The notes beneath the pieces were generated by a model. The model had not been told where the DNA came from. It saw only the letters and a list, made by a program, of their open reading frames with translations, and ran no database searches. The translations under genes and the position numbers were made by a program. A stretch of DNA of 64,000 nucleotides from positions 124,001 through 188,000 of the forward strand of contig OW569348.1 in assembly GCA_937625935.1 (NCBI GenBank), in the 5' to 3' direction. This DNA is from Tetramitus jugosus. Taxonomy: Eukaryota; Protista; Heterolobosea. Below, piece after piece: positions 1-13,644 of this stretch (position 1 is its first letter; each line of letters begins with the position of its first letter).

Positions 1-3000
1 GATCACACAAACAGATAACAATTGTCCGAGTATTGATACAATAAGAATGAACAAGTACATACTGATGGTGTAATTCTGCCCGGTACTAGCTTGTACAGGA
101 ATACGATGTCATCGGCATCGATTTCGTTGCTCAGTTGTTTCTCATCCGTCACCTCTTCATTGTCATCGTCATGAACATTCACATCCTTTCCATTGTGTTG
201 AACCACTGCGTCCATGGTCCAAAATTTGACTCTGAGATTCGAATCGATACTTTGAGTTCCCGTTTTGTTGGATGAAACAGGTTCCCAATTGATCAATTGA
301 TACTCCAGTAACTCAGTATAGTGAGTGGATACGAACACTCGGGGACACTTGTCCTTCATCTGGACCAAGTAGGAGAGAGTGGACGCAAGCAATGACAATC
401 CATCGAGTGCCAATGTACCCTTACCAAACTCATCAATCAACAGTAGAGATCTCTCTGTGCACGCTGTGGTCATGTGATTCATTTGTAGTAAATCGACAGC
501 AAATGTGGATTGGTGAACAGAGACACTGTCATGACTTTGTATTCGAGTCATGATTTGATCTGTGAGACCAATCACTGCCCTTTGTGCAGGCACAAACGAT
601 CCTATATGAGCCATGTATACAATGAGACCCACTTGCTTCAGATATACTGTTTTGCCTGAATTATTGGCACCGGTAATAAGGTTGACTCTATCAGAAGAAA
701 TGTCTTCCTGTTCATCATGATCATTCGCGTTATCGTCATCCATAAGGTTGAGGTAATGCTGGTTCTTGGAGGAAGATGGGGGAGATATGACAATATGAGT
801 ATCATTAGGAATAAATGTGCTCACAGTAAGTTCTTGCAATGGATGTCTCCCCTGTTCAATCTCTAAATGGTTGGACTTGGTGATGCTTGGTCTCACATAG
901 CAATTTTCCTTGGCAACAATCGCGAGTGATATTAAGCAGTCCAATTCAGCACATACTTCACTCACTCTTGCCACTGATTCACTCGAATTCAAAACATATT
1001 TTTCAATATTTCTCACGATGCAACTCTCAATCTCCAATATCTGTCCATGAACATCTCCCACTTCTTCATCCAGATCATGCATTGTTTTATTCTTGTAATA
1101 GAGACACTCTGACGACATAAACTAAAGGAAACTGTGTTAGAATTTGTGAAATACACACGGAATTGCGTGACAACTTACACTAAATTCGACACCAGGGATC
1201 TCTGGACTTGTTTCATTGGTTTCAGTCCTTTGTATTGCAATCAGATACCCTAACTGAGGATAGTAAACAATGTTAAAGGGAGGAAAATCATCTGGCAGTA
1301 GACCAGCTTCTTGATCAGCAACTAAACTGAGAAATCTATCCAATCCATTATATGTTTCCTTCTTTTCATCAAGTTCTTCATCGATTCCTGGTAATATTAC
1401 AATTCGGTTCACTGCTTTTGATTCTTTAAAATCGATAGCAGTTGACATCACTTGTAAATTTCCCAAGATATCTTGATTCATGGCCTTCACTAGCCTATGA
1501 ATTGCAGGTACTTGACTCAACAAATTGTCATCCACAGAACACAGCTCATAGATAGTCTTGAAACAATACAAGGTCTTATACAAATTTGACCAATCATTCA
1601 CTGAAGCTTTCACCTCCTTGATTCGCTTCAACATGGCCTTTGTGTTCTTCATGTGTTTTAAGCTATCTCTCAACTCATTGGTCAGTTCAGTATTGTATGG
1701 TTGAGAGAAAAACTGAACACCATTCATACGTTGATTAATCTCTTCCACATCCATCAATGGTTGCAAAAACCATTGTCTCAACAAGTCTCTTCCAATCTTT
1801 GACTTGGTTTTATTGAGAATACCAAAGAGAGAGTGGCCCTCCTTGGAAACACCGATTTTTCGTGCCATAGATGGATGTCGTTCAATGTGAAACACACCGA
1901 GAGACTTAAGAGTGCTCATATCAACTTGCATAAAACCAGAGCTACAAACAGATTCAGTACATCTATGGTACAATATGTATCACACTATAAGCTACTGCAT
2001 ACAATACATACAATGACAGGGATGATATTTTGGTAATCATCTTAAATACGAGGTCACCATCCAACTCACCAAACAATAACCGATTGGTTTGCATGAACTG
2101 AATGAGTGCCCCACCAGCTCTCACCATTTGACCATGATCTCCTGAATCAATTTGATTCAAATGGTTTCCAACATCAACCATTCTGTTCTTCAATTGATGG
2201 AGAAATGATAATATTCTCTGTTTGGCATACTCGTACTTGAAATCCTGAGATCTCAAAATCTTTACTTCAAATTCCACTCCAGGATTCATCGCATCATGAG
2301 CATGAATATCATCATCTTCATCATCGTTCGTATTATCACCACTTTCATCCACCGGTTCTAATGGTTTCCTGGCAGCTTGAAGAAGATTCATATCTGTCTT
2401 GGATGGAATCAAAATCATGGAGGGTCTTTCCTTGTATTTCACTGTTTGAATGAACCACCAGTTTATGGAAAATGCTGTTAGCCAAAAAAACAATACAAAA
2501 TTACACAAACTAGTACCTGACAACATAGTACCAAGTTACATACAAAACTCGAGACATTTAAAATCTCTGGTTTCGTTTGTTTCTCCCCACTTGAACTCTC
2601 CATTCATCATGTTCACCATTGCCACACCCAATCTACCTTTTTGAATGGCCAATGATACGACGCACTGTGCACGAATGCGTGTGTATAGGACCATTCGTGT
2701 CAGACATCAATCAATCAATACAACAACTAAATGAGGGTGATTGTCACATACATTGAGAGAATCATCATTCTCACCAGTCTTATCCTCACTACTCTCACTC
2801 ACAAAGGAGTGATGAGTGCTCTTGTCAGTGATGAAAGAAGAAGCTAGTGATGAAAATGATACATTGATATCATTGCCTCCTTGATAATGATTGTCAGTGC
2901 TCATCTTTTGTTTTTTGGGTGTTTGGTATTCGATTGTATTCAATTGCTCCTCATCATCTTCTTCTTGTCTCTCTAGTAAGTCATCGTCGAGAAATAATTG

Positions 3001-3024
3001 ATCCCCTTGTTCTTGTTGCTCCAT
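1..3024 (-). CDS. MSH5: MutS homolog 5 (meiotic crossover protein); spliced, 3' end runs off the window
   Basis: Motifs LKSLGVFHIERHPS..KEGHSLFGILNKTKSKIGRDLLRQWF, P-loop TGANNSGKT and LLIDEFGKGT. ATG at 3024. GT-AG introns at 2751-2665, 2543-2442, 2011-1942 (acceptor ambiguous), 1178-1122, and one starting at 62 join the four ORF-track pieces in frame. Confidence 0.92.
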
Positions 3025-3135
3025 TTTACCAAAAGTTTTTTTGTATTGTTTGCTTTTTGTATGACGCCTGTTTTTTCTCTCTTCGACAGACACTTGCTGT
3101 AAACTCTCATCTTCGATTTTGGCGGCAAACTATGT

Positions 3136-4004
3136 TCATCGACTGCTATCCATAGGAGGTAGAGAAGAATTCAGATGGTTCCACCCCGTTTTGCACTCGA
3201 TAATCTGTTGATGATCATTCAATGGTATGAGCAACTGTTCTAAACTGGGATATGGAATCTGATGACAATTCATAAACAAGAGATAGAAGCTACAGTGCAC
3301 CGCTCTTTCCTTATTTTGCTCTCTCCATAGATGGAATGCCAACTTTAGGGATTCGAAGCCTCTGGGATTTCAAAGCCAACAATAGTGAGTGCTGTAATAT
3401 TGTTGTTGTTAATGTATGAGAAATAGCGATCAATTGCAGTGAGATACGCATCAGGAGCAGGCTTGGAAAGCTGGTAGTCATCCTGAGTAACAAAATTCCA
3501 TTCAACATCTGGAAAAGCCAACTGCATGGTGTGATCCCTGTTCCAAATGACTGAAGTGGCCATCCTTGGCGACTGTGTCACAACAAAACGAGTCACCCGA
3601 GGCAATAATGTCTTGAGCAAAAATTGCTGAACACCAGGCAACAATGGCAAATCTTTCTGTTGCTTGAGCAACTCCATGTGATAACGCTTCTTCTCACGGT
3701 ACAAGTCATCCCAGCTCTCATTGAGCAGAATCGGGTACTGTGTGAGCAATCGTTGTTTAACACCAGCGGAGGAGCAATGAGAAGTGAGACAATAGCTCTC
3801 AAATGACCAATCCAATTGTAGACCTCTGACAGATAACAATTGTTTGTAAGCATCATAGTGAACAGGCTCCGTATCAATCAACGTTCCATCCAGATCAAAC
3901 AGCAATAGCACCTCGTCATTGGAGTTGATCATTGGGTGATTACTGTTTGGTGCAATTCGCTGCAACAACTCTTGTGTAATCACATGTTCTTCTTCAACAC
4001 TCAT
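3136..4004 (-). CDS. HAD-superfamily phosphatase (beta-PGM/CbbY-like), frameshifted at motif IV
   Basis: Motif I FDLDGTLIDT and motif III SKPAPDAY. Motif IV VGFE is broken at ~3365-3371 and continues in another frame as PRGFESLKLAF... to the stop at 3136. Confidence 0.8.
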
Positions 4005-4122
4005 GATTTCGACTAGTCAGCAAACTAATGGATTTGATCGTTGTTGTTTTTCTTGCTGTGATCACAAAAATGATAGCGAAAAAGAGGCTTGTTTTTTCTT
4101 TACATAGCAAACGATGAATCAT

Positions 4123-5157
<1,035 letters not shown>

Positions 5158-6032
5158 TTAGTTTTGTTGTTGTTGTTATTGTTTTTTTTTCAAGATCAGT
5201 GTTGTTGTGATCGCAGCGTTGATAAAAAAGCTGGAAGGAACCAGGGTTTTAGGGCCTGCTGATGGGCTCTAAAAAGATCATGTGTCGTCATACCCCTCCT
5301 CGGATATTTTTACCGACCAGTTTTTCCTGATGAAGCTTACAATCAACTTGATTCACACAAACTTCCTGAATGCCCAGTGATACTCTTGTCTACAGCCTCT
5401 AACAAAGAGGATGGAGTGTAGCTCGATTCAGAATCTTCGTACGAAGGGAGATACGACACATGCCAGGATGAACATTCGAGCTAGAAAATTTCATGCCGAA
5501 AAATTGGGAATTGCGAATTTCCATTGGAAATGCCCAACCAACAAGCGAAACTCTGAAACACATACCTTGCAATGACAAAATGTCTGAATGTATTTGATGA
5601 TAGCTCTCCATAGAGTCATGCATATCAGAGATAAACATGACTCAATCTTACGATGCACTTTGTCACCTGATCTCGCTTCATGTAATCGAATCGTCTTCTG
5701 GATCCAAATAAAGACATGAACATCCAGAACGGGGTTCTTTATTTTTGTGTCCTCTCAACAGTCGCTGTTTGTTGTAGACGGTACGAAAAGAGATTTCCGG
5801 TGTGTTGTAATCCCTTTACCAAAGCATGAAAAACACGATCAAATTTTTCTAAAAATATTCCTTGTGAAATTCTCAATCAAAATCCTTGCTGGCCAGCACT
5901 CGATGTGATCATCGCCATCGTTTCTCCAGGGGTTTTTATTTGACTCGAAAGCTTTCTCATTTGTTTGCTTTTCCAACAACAACCAACAACAAAACAACAA
6001 CCAAAATCACAACAACAACCAAGCGTAAGATC

Positions 6033-7076
6033 ATGCCAGCATTCAATGACATTTGTGGAAAGTACGGTGCCGAATTGGACAAGACTGTTCAATTAATGTG
6101 TGCCAAGGGAAAGGGCCTATTGGCTGCTGATGAGAGCACCAGCACCATTGGCAACCGTTTTGACAAGATTGGTGTCGAAAACATTGAAGCCAACAGACAA
6201 GCCTACAGACAACTCTTGTTCACCACTGACAAGGAATATGCACAGTACATTTCTGGTGTGATTCTCTATGAGGAGACCTTGTTCCAATCTCACAAGGACG
6301 GTCGTCCATTTGTTCAATTGTTGAACGAATTGAACATTGTTCCTGGTATCAAGGTTGACTTGGGTGTCAAGGAATTGTATGGTACCAATGGTGATGTGAC
6401 CACTCAAGGTTTCGATGACTTGGACAAGCGTATTGCCAAGTATTACAATCAAGGTGCTCGTTTTGCAAAGTGGAGAGCAGTGTACAAGGTGACTGCTGCT
6501 GCCAATCCATCTCTTGTGTGCATTGAACAGAATGCACAGGGATTGGCTCGTTATGCTGCCATGTGTCAAGCCAATGGTTTGGTACCAATTGTCGAACCAG
6601 AAATCTTGGTCATGGAAGGTGATCACGACATTGAGAGATCCTATCAGGTGACTGAAAAGGTGTTGGCCAGCGTGTTCAAGGCACTCATTGATCACAATGT
6701 GTCACTCGAGAGAATGATTCTCAAGCCAAACATGGTGTTGCCAGGTACAAAGTGCCCTCAACAAGCCTCTGTTCAACAAGTTGCTGAATATACTTTGAGA
6801 GCATTGAGAAGAACTGTGCCACCTGCAGTGCCAGGCATCATGTTCTTGTCTGGTGGTCAATCCGAAGAGGAGTCTGCTGAGCACTTGGATGCCATCAACA
6901 GAATTCCTGGTGCTTCCCCATGGGCCATCAGCTTCTCCTATGGACGTGCCTTGCAACAATCTGCACTCTCTGCATGGAGAGGCAAGGAAGAGAATGTCAA
7001 GGCTGGACAGGACGCCTTCTTGCAAAAGTCCAAGAGTTGCTTCTTGGCTGCTCAAGGAAAGCTCCACAGTGCTTAA
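6033..7076 (+). CDS. FBA: Class I fructose-bisphosphate aldolase, intronless
   Basis: KGLLAADES, FAKWR, LVPIVEPE, Schiff-base ILKPNMV, FLSGGQS and SFSYGRALQ. The real ATG is at 6033 (MPAFND). Confidence 0.98.
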   Translation: MPAFNDICGKYGAELDKTVQLMCAKGKGLLAADESTSTIGNRFDKIGVENIEANRQAYRQLLFTTDKEYAQYISGVILYEETLFQSHKDGRPFVQLLNELNIVPGIKVDLGVKELYGTNGDVTTQGFDDLDKRIAKYYNQGARFAKWRAVYKVTAAANPSLVCIEQNAQGLARYAAMCQANGLVPIVEPEILVMEGDHDIERSYQVTEKVLASVFKALIDHNVSLERMILKPNMVLPGTKCPQQASVQQVAEYTLRALRRTVPPAVPGIMFLSGGQSEEESAEHLDAINRIPGASPWAISFSYGRALQQSALSAWRGKEENVKAGQDAFLQKSKSCFLAAQGKLHSA

Positions 7077-7147
7077 ATCTGAATGACTACTCGTTTTATT
7101 CGTAGTAAACAGTAACCATGTATTTCAATTAATAGTTTATTATGATT

Positions 7148-10100
7148 CTATTCTGCTTTGGGTGGGTGGAACAGATTGTAGTGCAATTGTGTCTTGCGAA
7201 TGACTTGTTGCAGCGAGAGAGCATGATTGGCTGATCGATTGTTGTTGTTCCGTGGTCTGTTGGTCCTTCTTCTGTGGCGCTTCTTGGATGTATCCATACT
7301 TTGACTGCTGCTGTCTCTCGTTTGATCATCATTAGGGGCATTGTTGCTGTGCATCACTATCCATTGATTTAATCTTTGAATGACCTGGAGACTGTGATGG
7401 GTGAGATAGTGTTGGAAGCAGTCAGCCAGATAATCGACCTCTAGTTGAAGGATGTTAGTGAATTGAGGATGATTGTGAGTCGCAGGTCCAGCAACTCCAG
7501 TTCTCACCTGGTCCAATAACAGTTCTGTGATTCTCTCCAGTAGTTTCGAGAGGACGGTACTCCGAATTCTATCACCGATACCAAATTGGTCAAACTTGTA
7601 GTGAACTCTGACAAGATCATTCAATAGTTCAATAATGTAGGGTCGAACAGATAGGCATGCTGACTTCGAGTCCATTGAGCCGTCTATTTTCTTAGGTGTC
7701 GAGATTGGTACATCTAACATTGATGGGCAATGGACAATGTGTAAGTTTAAATCTCTGATCTTACATTGGACATAGGAATCTATCATCATGGTTTCCAATA
7801 ATTCGTATGTCGGCTTCGTGTTATCCCAAATTTCCTTCTCTAAGTCCTCTATCGATAGGTTCACCAAGTGTTCTTTGGTTCTTGGCTGGACTGACTGCAA
7901 GCCTTTCTTGTCATACTCATCATATGAGTCAGAACTTCCAGATGACTGTGAAGAATTATCACTAGAGTAATCAGTGTCGCTGTATGACGATTCATCCATG
8001 TAAATGCTCTGCCTTTTCATTAGAGGATGCGCATCACTGTCACAGAGACCATCAGTCCCATTTTGCTGCTTAATCTCGGTCGAGTGTTGAAGAGTACTCA
8101 ATGTCGTGGATATCAAAGTGACAGACTTGCGTATCATTGTTTTCAAGAGCCCATCCTCATTCAGGCAATTTAAACAATTACCCAACAAGAGAATCATTTT
8201 GATTTCTGGGTCCATATGTCTCTGCTCTTGACCATGAAGTTTAACAGCACTATCATCAATGGAAGAGAAATGATCATCGACTATCGTGAATGAATACACA
8301 GTGGAAGAATGGTGGGGTCGTAATATTTTTCGAGTTCGATTCTTGATCGCTAATCGATTGGCAATGCCTATCACTTGCATCATCGAATGATGCAAAACAT
8401 CTGAATAGCACAACGTCAGCTCAGAGACATAAATCTGCCATTTAGTTGTTAGTGCACTCCAGCGCATCTTATCTTCACATTGGTGATTCAAGGTGATTGT
8501 CATGGGAACTAATCTTCTCAGGTGGAATAGAACATTGTCAAAATGGTTTGCGAACAAGATCTGAACCTTTGTGCAATGGGCTTCCTTTTTCGAAGTTGTA
8601 AACACTCTCCAATCAGAAGATGGTCCATAATGGTAGCTATGAAGACATTTCACCTGTTTGATCGCATATTGGAATAACTTTTCTATTGTTGAATTCAACA
8701 TTGCTATAGAATTGTCTATGAGGTAAGAAAATACTTTACATCCAACTTTTTCAGTAGTTGAAGCATTAGAAATCAGAGTTTCGGTGCATTGTGCTATTCT
8801 GTAGACACATTTCATGAGCATTGGTTGATCCACCGTCTTACTATCAACTTCACTAATTAGATTATTCGCAAAGTTGCAGAAGACCATAAAGATAAAAGTG
8901 AATAGTTCATCAATATACATCCTTTCTGATTCTATCATTTGCTTTCGAAACGCTAATATTTGATTCTTTTGCATTTCACTGCTCCCTCGATAGAGGTTTC
9001 TGAATTTGAGAGCGTCTTGTTTCATTCTTCTGTCTATTCTCTTGGAACTTTCAAAACAATAGATGGCTAAATTAGGAATATGGTACTCTAATATATCACA
9101 CATTCTTTCGCATACATGGCAAATCTCTTGTTCGTTGTCTCTTAGCTCACACTCTGTACTTGGATCAAGTTTGACAGGGGAAATATCAGAGTGATCAGAT
9201 TCTTCGGAGGATTCATTTGAAGAATTTTCTTCTGTCTTAACACTAGTGTCTTTGACGATACTTTCGCAAACAAAATTATCATTGGCCAATCGATGATTAT
9301 TCCATGAGTGAAGTTGTTCGATAATAAAATCTTGGTAGCTGTTTGTGTGATGCCACGACGGATCTGTTTCACAGTCCAGATCGTAGAGATAATCAATGAT
9401 GGATATCTTTTCTTCTGTTACTTCTTCCAACTGAGCCACAGATGTATTTGAAATATCAGGGTGTAAATCTAATATTGAGAGTAATTTGTCTCTGGTTTCA
9501 ACAACTTGTTTCATGATGATATCGAGATACATCTTTAGGAAAATTGGACTTTGAGAGTCATGCATTAGATATTTAGCTTTCTTGTAGTATGTAACCATTT
9601 TCTCAAAATCTCCCTGACTAAGACACTGTTCAATGAGTGATGGAATGTTGAGAGCAAACGACAACCTCTCGATAATGGCCAACATCTTTTTGATATTTTC
9701 CTCTCGTCCTCTAACTTGGATCATTGGCTCGAATAGTTCAGTGATTTGATTCTGAAGATTTTTGACTAGAAGATTCATATTATTCAACCAAGTAATCTGA
9801 AATTGTTCGGATGGGATACTGGCTCCTCGATTTTTCTTTGTACTCGTGGTGTTCAATTGATTCTGTTGAAAGATTTCTTCCAAGTTGTCTTTGCAATAGA
9901 TGAAACGTCCCAAATGATTCTTCACTAACTGTTTCATATCGTCACTAATATCATCTATACATCCATTAACTTTGTTCTTTCCTGTGATGAATTGCTTTTC
10001 ATCTGAATTCTTGTGAACAATGGCAAGATATCTCGAAGACACAAATCCTTCTGAATTCGGATTAATTCCTAATGAAGAATCAGAAACAAAGCGAGTAATA

Positions 10101-10872
10101 TCATTATGAAGACCCAGGGGATCTATCACTGTCAATAACTTTTTTCTGATATTAACACCTCCTTGATTGTTGTTGTGTATTGATTTAAGGGATATCTCTA
10201 ATTGGAGTTGCTGTAGTGATACATTTGATACATCTCTCGTTAATTCGTTCGTTTAAAGAAGATACAGTCTGTTCACATACTAAGAAAACTTACATCTTCA
10301 ACTAACGCAGCGTGTTTCCAACTTGTTGGATTCTCGTCGTCCATGTCATCGTAATTATCATCATCTTCATCTTCGTTTTCCTCACTGCTCTTTTCCTCAC
10401 TATCAACGTTCTCTTTTTGATCCTTCTTCTTCAGTTTCTTCTTTGAGAAGAGCAAAGCCTTCTTCATTGTTGAAGAAACGGGGGTGGCAGAAGAAAATTT
10501 GTGAGTAAGGTTGGTTATGGCTTTCGTGGCCTTCTTAGAAGAGAGTTTCTTTCTTCTTGACTTTTGTTTCAGCGTTGGAGAAGAATGGCTTGATTGATCG
10601 TTCAAAGTCTTCTCTTCTCTACCATCATCACTCTCTAACATCTCTTTGTTCTCGGCTTCTTCTTCCTCATTGCTGGATTCACCATCTCTAGAGTCAGTAG
10701 TTTCATTATCTTTCTCTAAGCTATCACTACTTTCATCTTCATTGTTCTCTGTGCTTTCATTCGAGCTGCTCTCATCATCAGAACTGTTGTTACTACTACT
10801 ACTACTACTATCACTGTCGTTAGAGCTGTTGCTACTATCAGTATCGCTATCCTCAACAGAACGAGAAGGCAT
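7148..10872 (-). CDS. SEC5: Exocyst complex component Sec5/EXOC2-like, with acidic N-terminal exon
   Basis: DPLG followed by MKQLVKNHLGRFIYCKDNL, FALNIPSLIEQCL..GDFEKMVTYYKKAK and C-terminal VRPYIIELL..LVRVH / LQLEVDYL. Intron 10293-10211 (GTAAGT..CTACAG) joins ORF 10273..10872 in frame. Confidence 0.8.
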
Positions 10873-10956
10873 CTGATAAATCTCTAGAAAAACGACACCA
10901 CGACTTGACTCTTGTTTATCGGGATCGGCGCTTTATTCTTTTCAGTGAAAATTTTC

Positions 10957-12888
10957 TCACCGACGCTCATTTACAACTACTGAAAAACTCTCATTAGAGT
11001 ATTGACTGTCAGAGTCACTCGTTTCAGAACGCGTTTCATCATCAAAGTCATACGTTTGACTCCTTCTCATTCTTTTGCTGGTGGATTTGGTATTGAACGT
11101 TCCTCCTCGCCTCTTCTTGTTCATCTTCTGCTGATGATGACCATTGTGTTCTTGTTCACTGTCATCATCATCATCATCACCACTCCTATGCATCATCATG
11201 ATTCTTTGTTGTTCTTGCTCTTGTGTTGTCTGTTCACATGGATTGAGAGGATTCTTCTCCAGATGATCATTCAAGAAGAATAGACTCCTGCTCTTGCTAA
11301 TCATTGTATTTCTCTCATCTTCGCACTGCACTGTTCTCAGTTGGGCAGCTCTCTGGAAATATTTTTGAGCATGGCTGGCCAATTGAGTCTTTGTTCTCGT
11401 TGGGACAAACTCAATGGAAATCTTTTTCCAGTCGTTGCCATACAGTTGATAGCCCTTGAGAAATTGTTCGTGTTCCTCCGATGTCCACGTACCCTTCTTG
11501 ACACTCTGTCTGTGATGTGTCTTGTTGGTGCTATTGTTGTTATTGTTGTTGGTGCTATTGGTATTCTTCTTCTGGTGATGATGATGATGATGGAGGGTGC
11601 CGGCAGAAGCAGTAGTGAGATGACTCGAGTGAGACTTGTTCTTCTTGTTGTACTTGTTGCGAGTTGTATGCTTTCCCGTCACAATTGTTGTTGTGCTTGT
11701 GCTGGTCGCTCTTCTGCCCAATATTGTTGTTGTTGTTGTTGTTGTTGTTGTATCCTTGGGAGAGTGACCTGCCATTCTCTTCTTCCTACTATGCTTGTTG
11801 GTGTTACTCTTGTTGTTGTTGTTGTTGTTGTGAGTGTCATGTTCATCATCACTATCATCACTGTCATCATCATCAGAGGTAGGAGGAGTGGCAGTTATAG
11901 TAGAGACCTCTTCCTTATTTTCATCACTGTCATCATCATCAATATCATCATCACAACTTTTACTCTGATTGTGTTCATGGTGATTATTGTATGATGATGA
12001 TAATGATGGTGGTGGTGGTCGTTGTTGTTGCTCAATAGCAGGATTCATACTGCTGCTCTTGTAGTGTCTATTGTTGTTGCTACTGCTTCTACTACTACTA
12101 CTACTACTAATCATACTTTTGTTAGTAGTAGTATACAACATTGTTGATGATGATGGCATTTCATTCATGATCCAAGCACTACAACAACATGCAGCATGTG
12201 AGGAGGCAGCACTTGCAGCAGCAGCAATAGTAGTAGTACACTTGTGGTTAAGTGATGGTAGTGATGGTGGTGGTGATGGTGGAGAGCAACAAGAGTGATG
12301 AGTAGTGTTGTTGTTGTTGTATTTGAAATGACCAGTGCCAGGGCAACCATGAGAGAAGACAATGTGAGGAGAGGAGTTGTTCATAGGAGCAGGAGCTGTA
12401 GTCGTAGTAGTAGTAGTCTTGGCAGCAATGGCAGCAGTCATTGGAGGATTGGTGAATGTTGTTGTTGTTGTTGCAAAGGGATGATTGTTGGGACCTCTTG
12501 GTGCAAACAATGGTTCCAAAACAGTCAATAATGATGATTGCTGCCGTGGCAGTAGCAGCAACGATGATGAAAGTGCAGCAGCATCAGCAGCAGCAGTCAT
12601 GACTGTACTAGTGCTCCAAGTGTTTGAAGTGAAGGGACGACTCTCTGGAAGATGTCCATGATAGTGAGAAGACATCATCTTGTTATCAACAGCTCTTTCA
12701 CTTGCTATTGGCTCAGAAATTGTATGATGAGGGTGATGATTATCCTTGCTACTGTTGTTGCAGCAGCAGCAGGAATGGATGATTCGTTGTCTAGTTTCAC
12801 TTCGTGTTGTCATGGTATTCATGATTGTGATGTGCAATATTGGATGATTGGTTGATGATATCCTTGTCAGTGCGTAGGTATTGCACAA
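10957..12888 (-). CDS. SHAQKYF-class single-repeat Myb transcription factor with long low-complexity regions (start codon uncertain)
   Basis: [48 protein letters not shown]. Confidence 0.9.
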   Translation of the reverse strand: MCNTYALTRISSTNHPILHITIMNTMTTRSETRQRIIHSCCCCNNSSKDNHHPHHTISEPIASERAVDNKMMSSHYHGHLPESRPFTSNTWSTSTVMTAAADAAALSSSLLLLPRQQSSLLTVLEPLFAPRGPNNHPFATTTTTFTNPPMTAAIAAKTTTTTTTAPAPMNNSSPHIVFSHGCPGTGHFKYNNNNTTHHSCCSPPSPPPSLPSLNHKCTTTIAAAASAASSHAACCCSAWIMNEMPSSSTMLYTTTNKSMISSSSSSRSSSNNNRHYKSSSMNPAIEQQQRPPPPSLSSSYNNHHEHNQSKSCDDDIDDDDSDENKEEVSTITATPPTSDDDDSDDSDDEHDTHNNNNNNKSNTNKHSRKKRMAGHSPKDTTTTTTTTTILGRRATSTSTTTIVTGKHTTRNKYNKKNKSHSSHLTTASAGTLHHHHHHQKKNTNSTNNNNNNSTNKTHHRQSVKKGTWTSEEHEQFLKGYQLYGNDWKKISIEFVPTRTKTQLASHAQKYFQRAAQLRTVQCEDERNTMISKSRSLFFLNDHLEKNPLNPCEQTTQEQEQQRIMMMHRSGDDDDDDSEQEHNGHHQQKMNKKRRGGTFNTKSTSKRMRRSQTYDFDDETRSETSDSDSQYSNESFSVVVNERR

Positions 12889-13644
12889 TGAAGTTCTTGT
12901 TTTGTTATTCTTGTTATTCTTGTTGTGATTGATGATAGGATGGGTGGAAGAATATGCAAGTCACGAGGATGTCAAAAGGGTGCACTAGAAAGTGGTGTCC
13001 TGGACGGTGCCGTGGTTGCATAACATGTGTGGAAGATAGAGTTAGGAGTCAAATGTCAAAACAATCGCCCATAAGACCATTCAGGGAGTCGCACTATCGT
13101 CCAACATTTGTGAACGATTCTGACTCTTCGTCCAATTTGCTTCGTTTAGCTCGTTCGAAAAATACAAAACGGGACAAGACCCGATGGTCGCAAGATAGAA
13201 TTTCCAGCGTTGATTATCTTTCCTGAAACAAGGATTTCCTCGCCCTTTTCCACAATGAGAAACGCAACCGACTTACAAAACAAATTTCTGAACCCTCTCG
13301 TAAAGTAGCTACTTCACATCACTGACGAGTAAACTTCGGAAGTTTTGTTCTTATCCATGTCATACTCTCAATTGAAAAACAATTTCCTGTCGAGGAGTCC
13401 ATGACGGACTGCCTACCAGTCAAACATTGATCCCATAAGGAGGATGTGAATTCTAACAATTTGTTCAAATTGCAGTGATTTGTGGTGATTTTCTGTGAAT
13501 CATCTTCAACCTGTTCATTGAAACACAATTTTTTTCACAAGGAAACACCGACAAGGAAGGATGACTCACTAAGTTGTAAACTCAAGTTTCGTAAAATCTG
13601 CCCGCGACATTCAATTTACCGACAGCTCAATTGGAAACCAGAAA

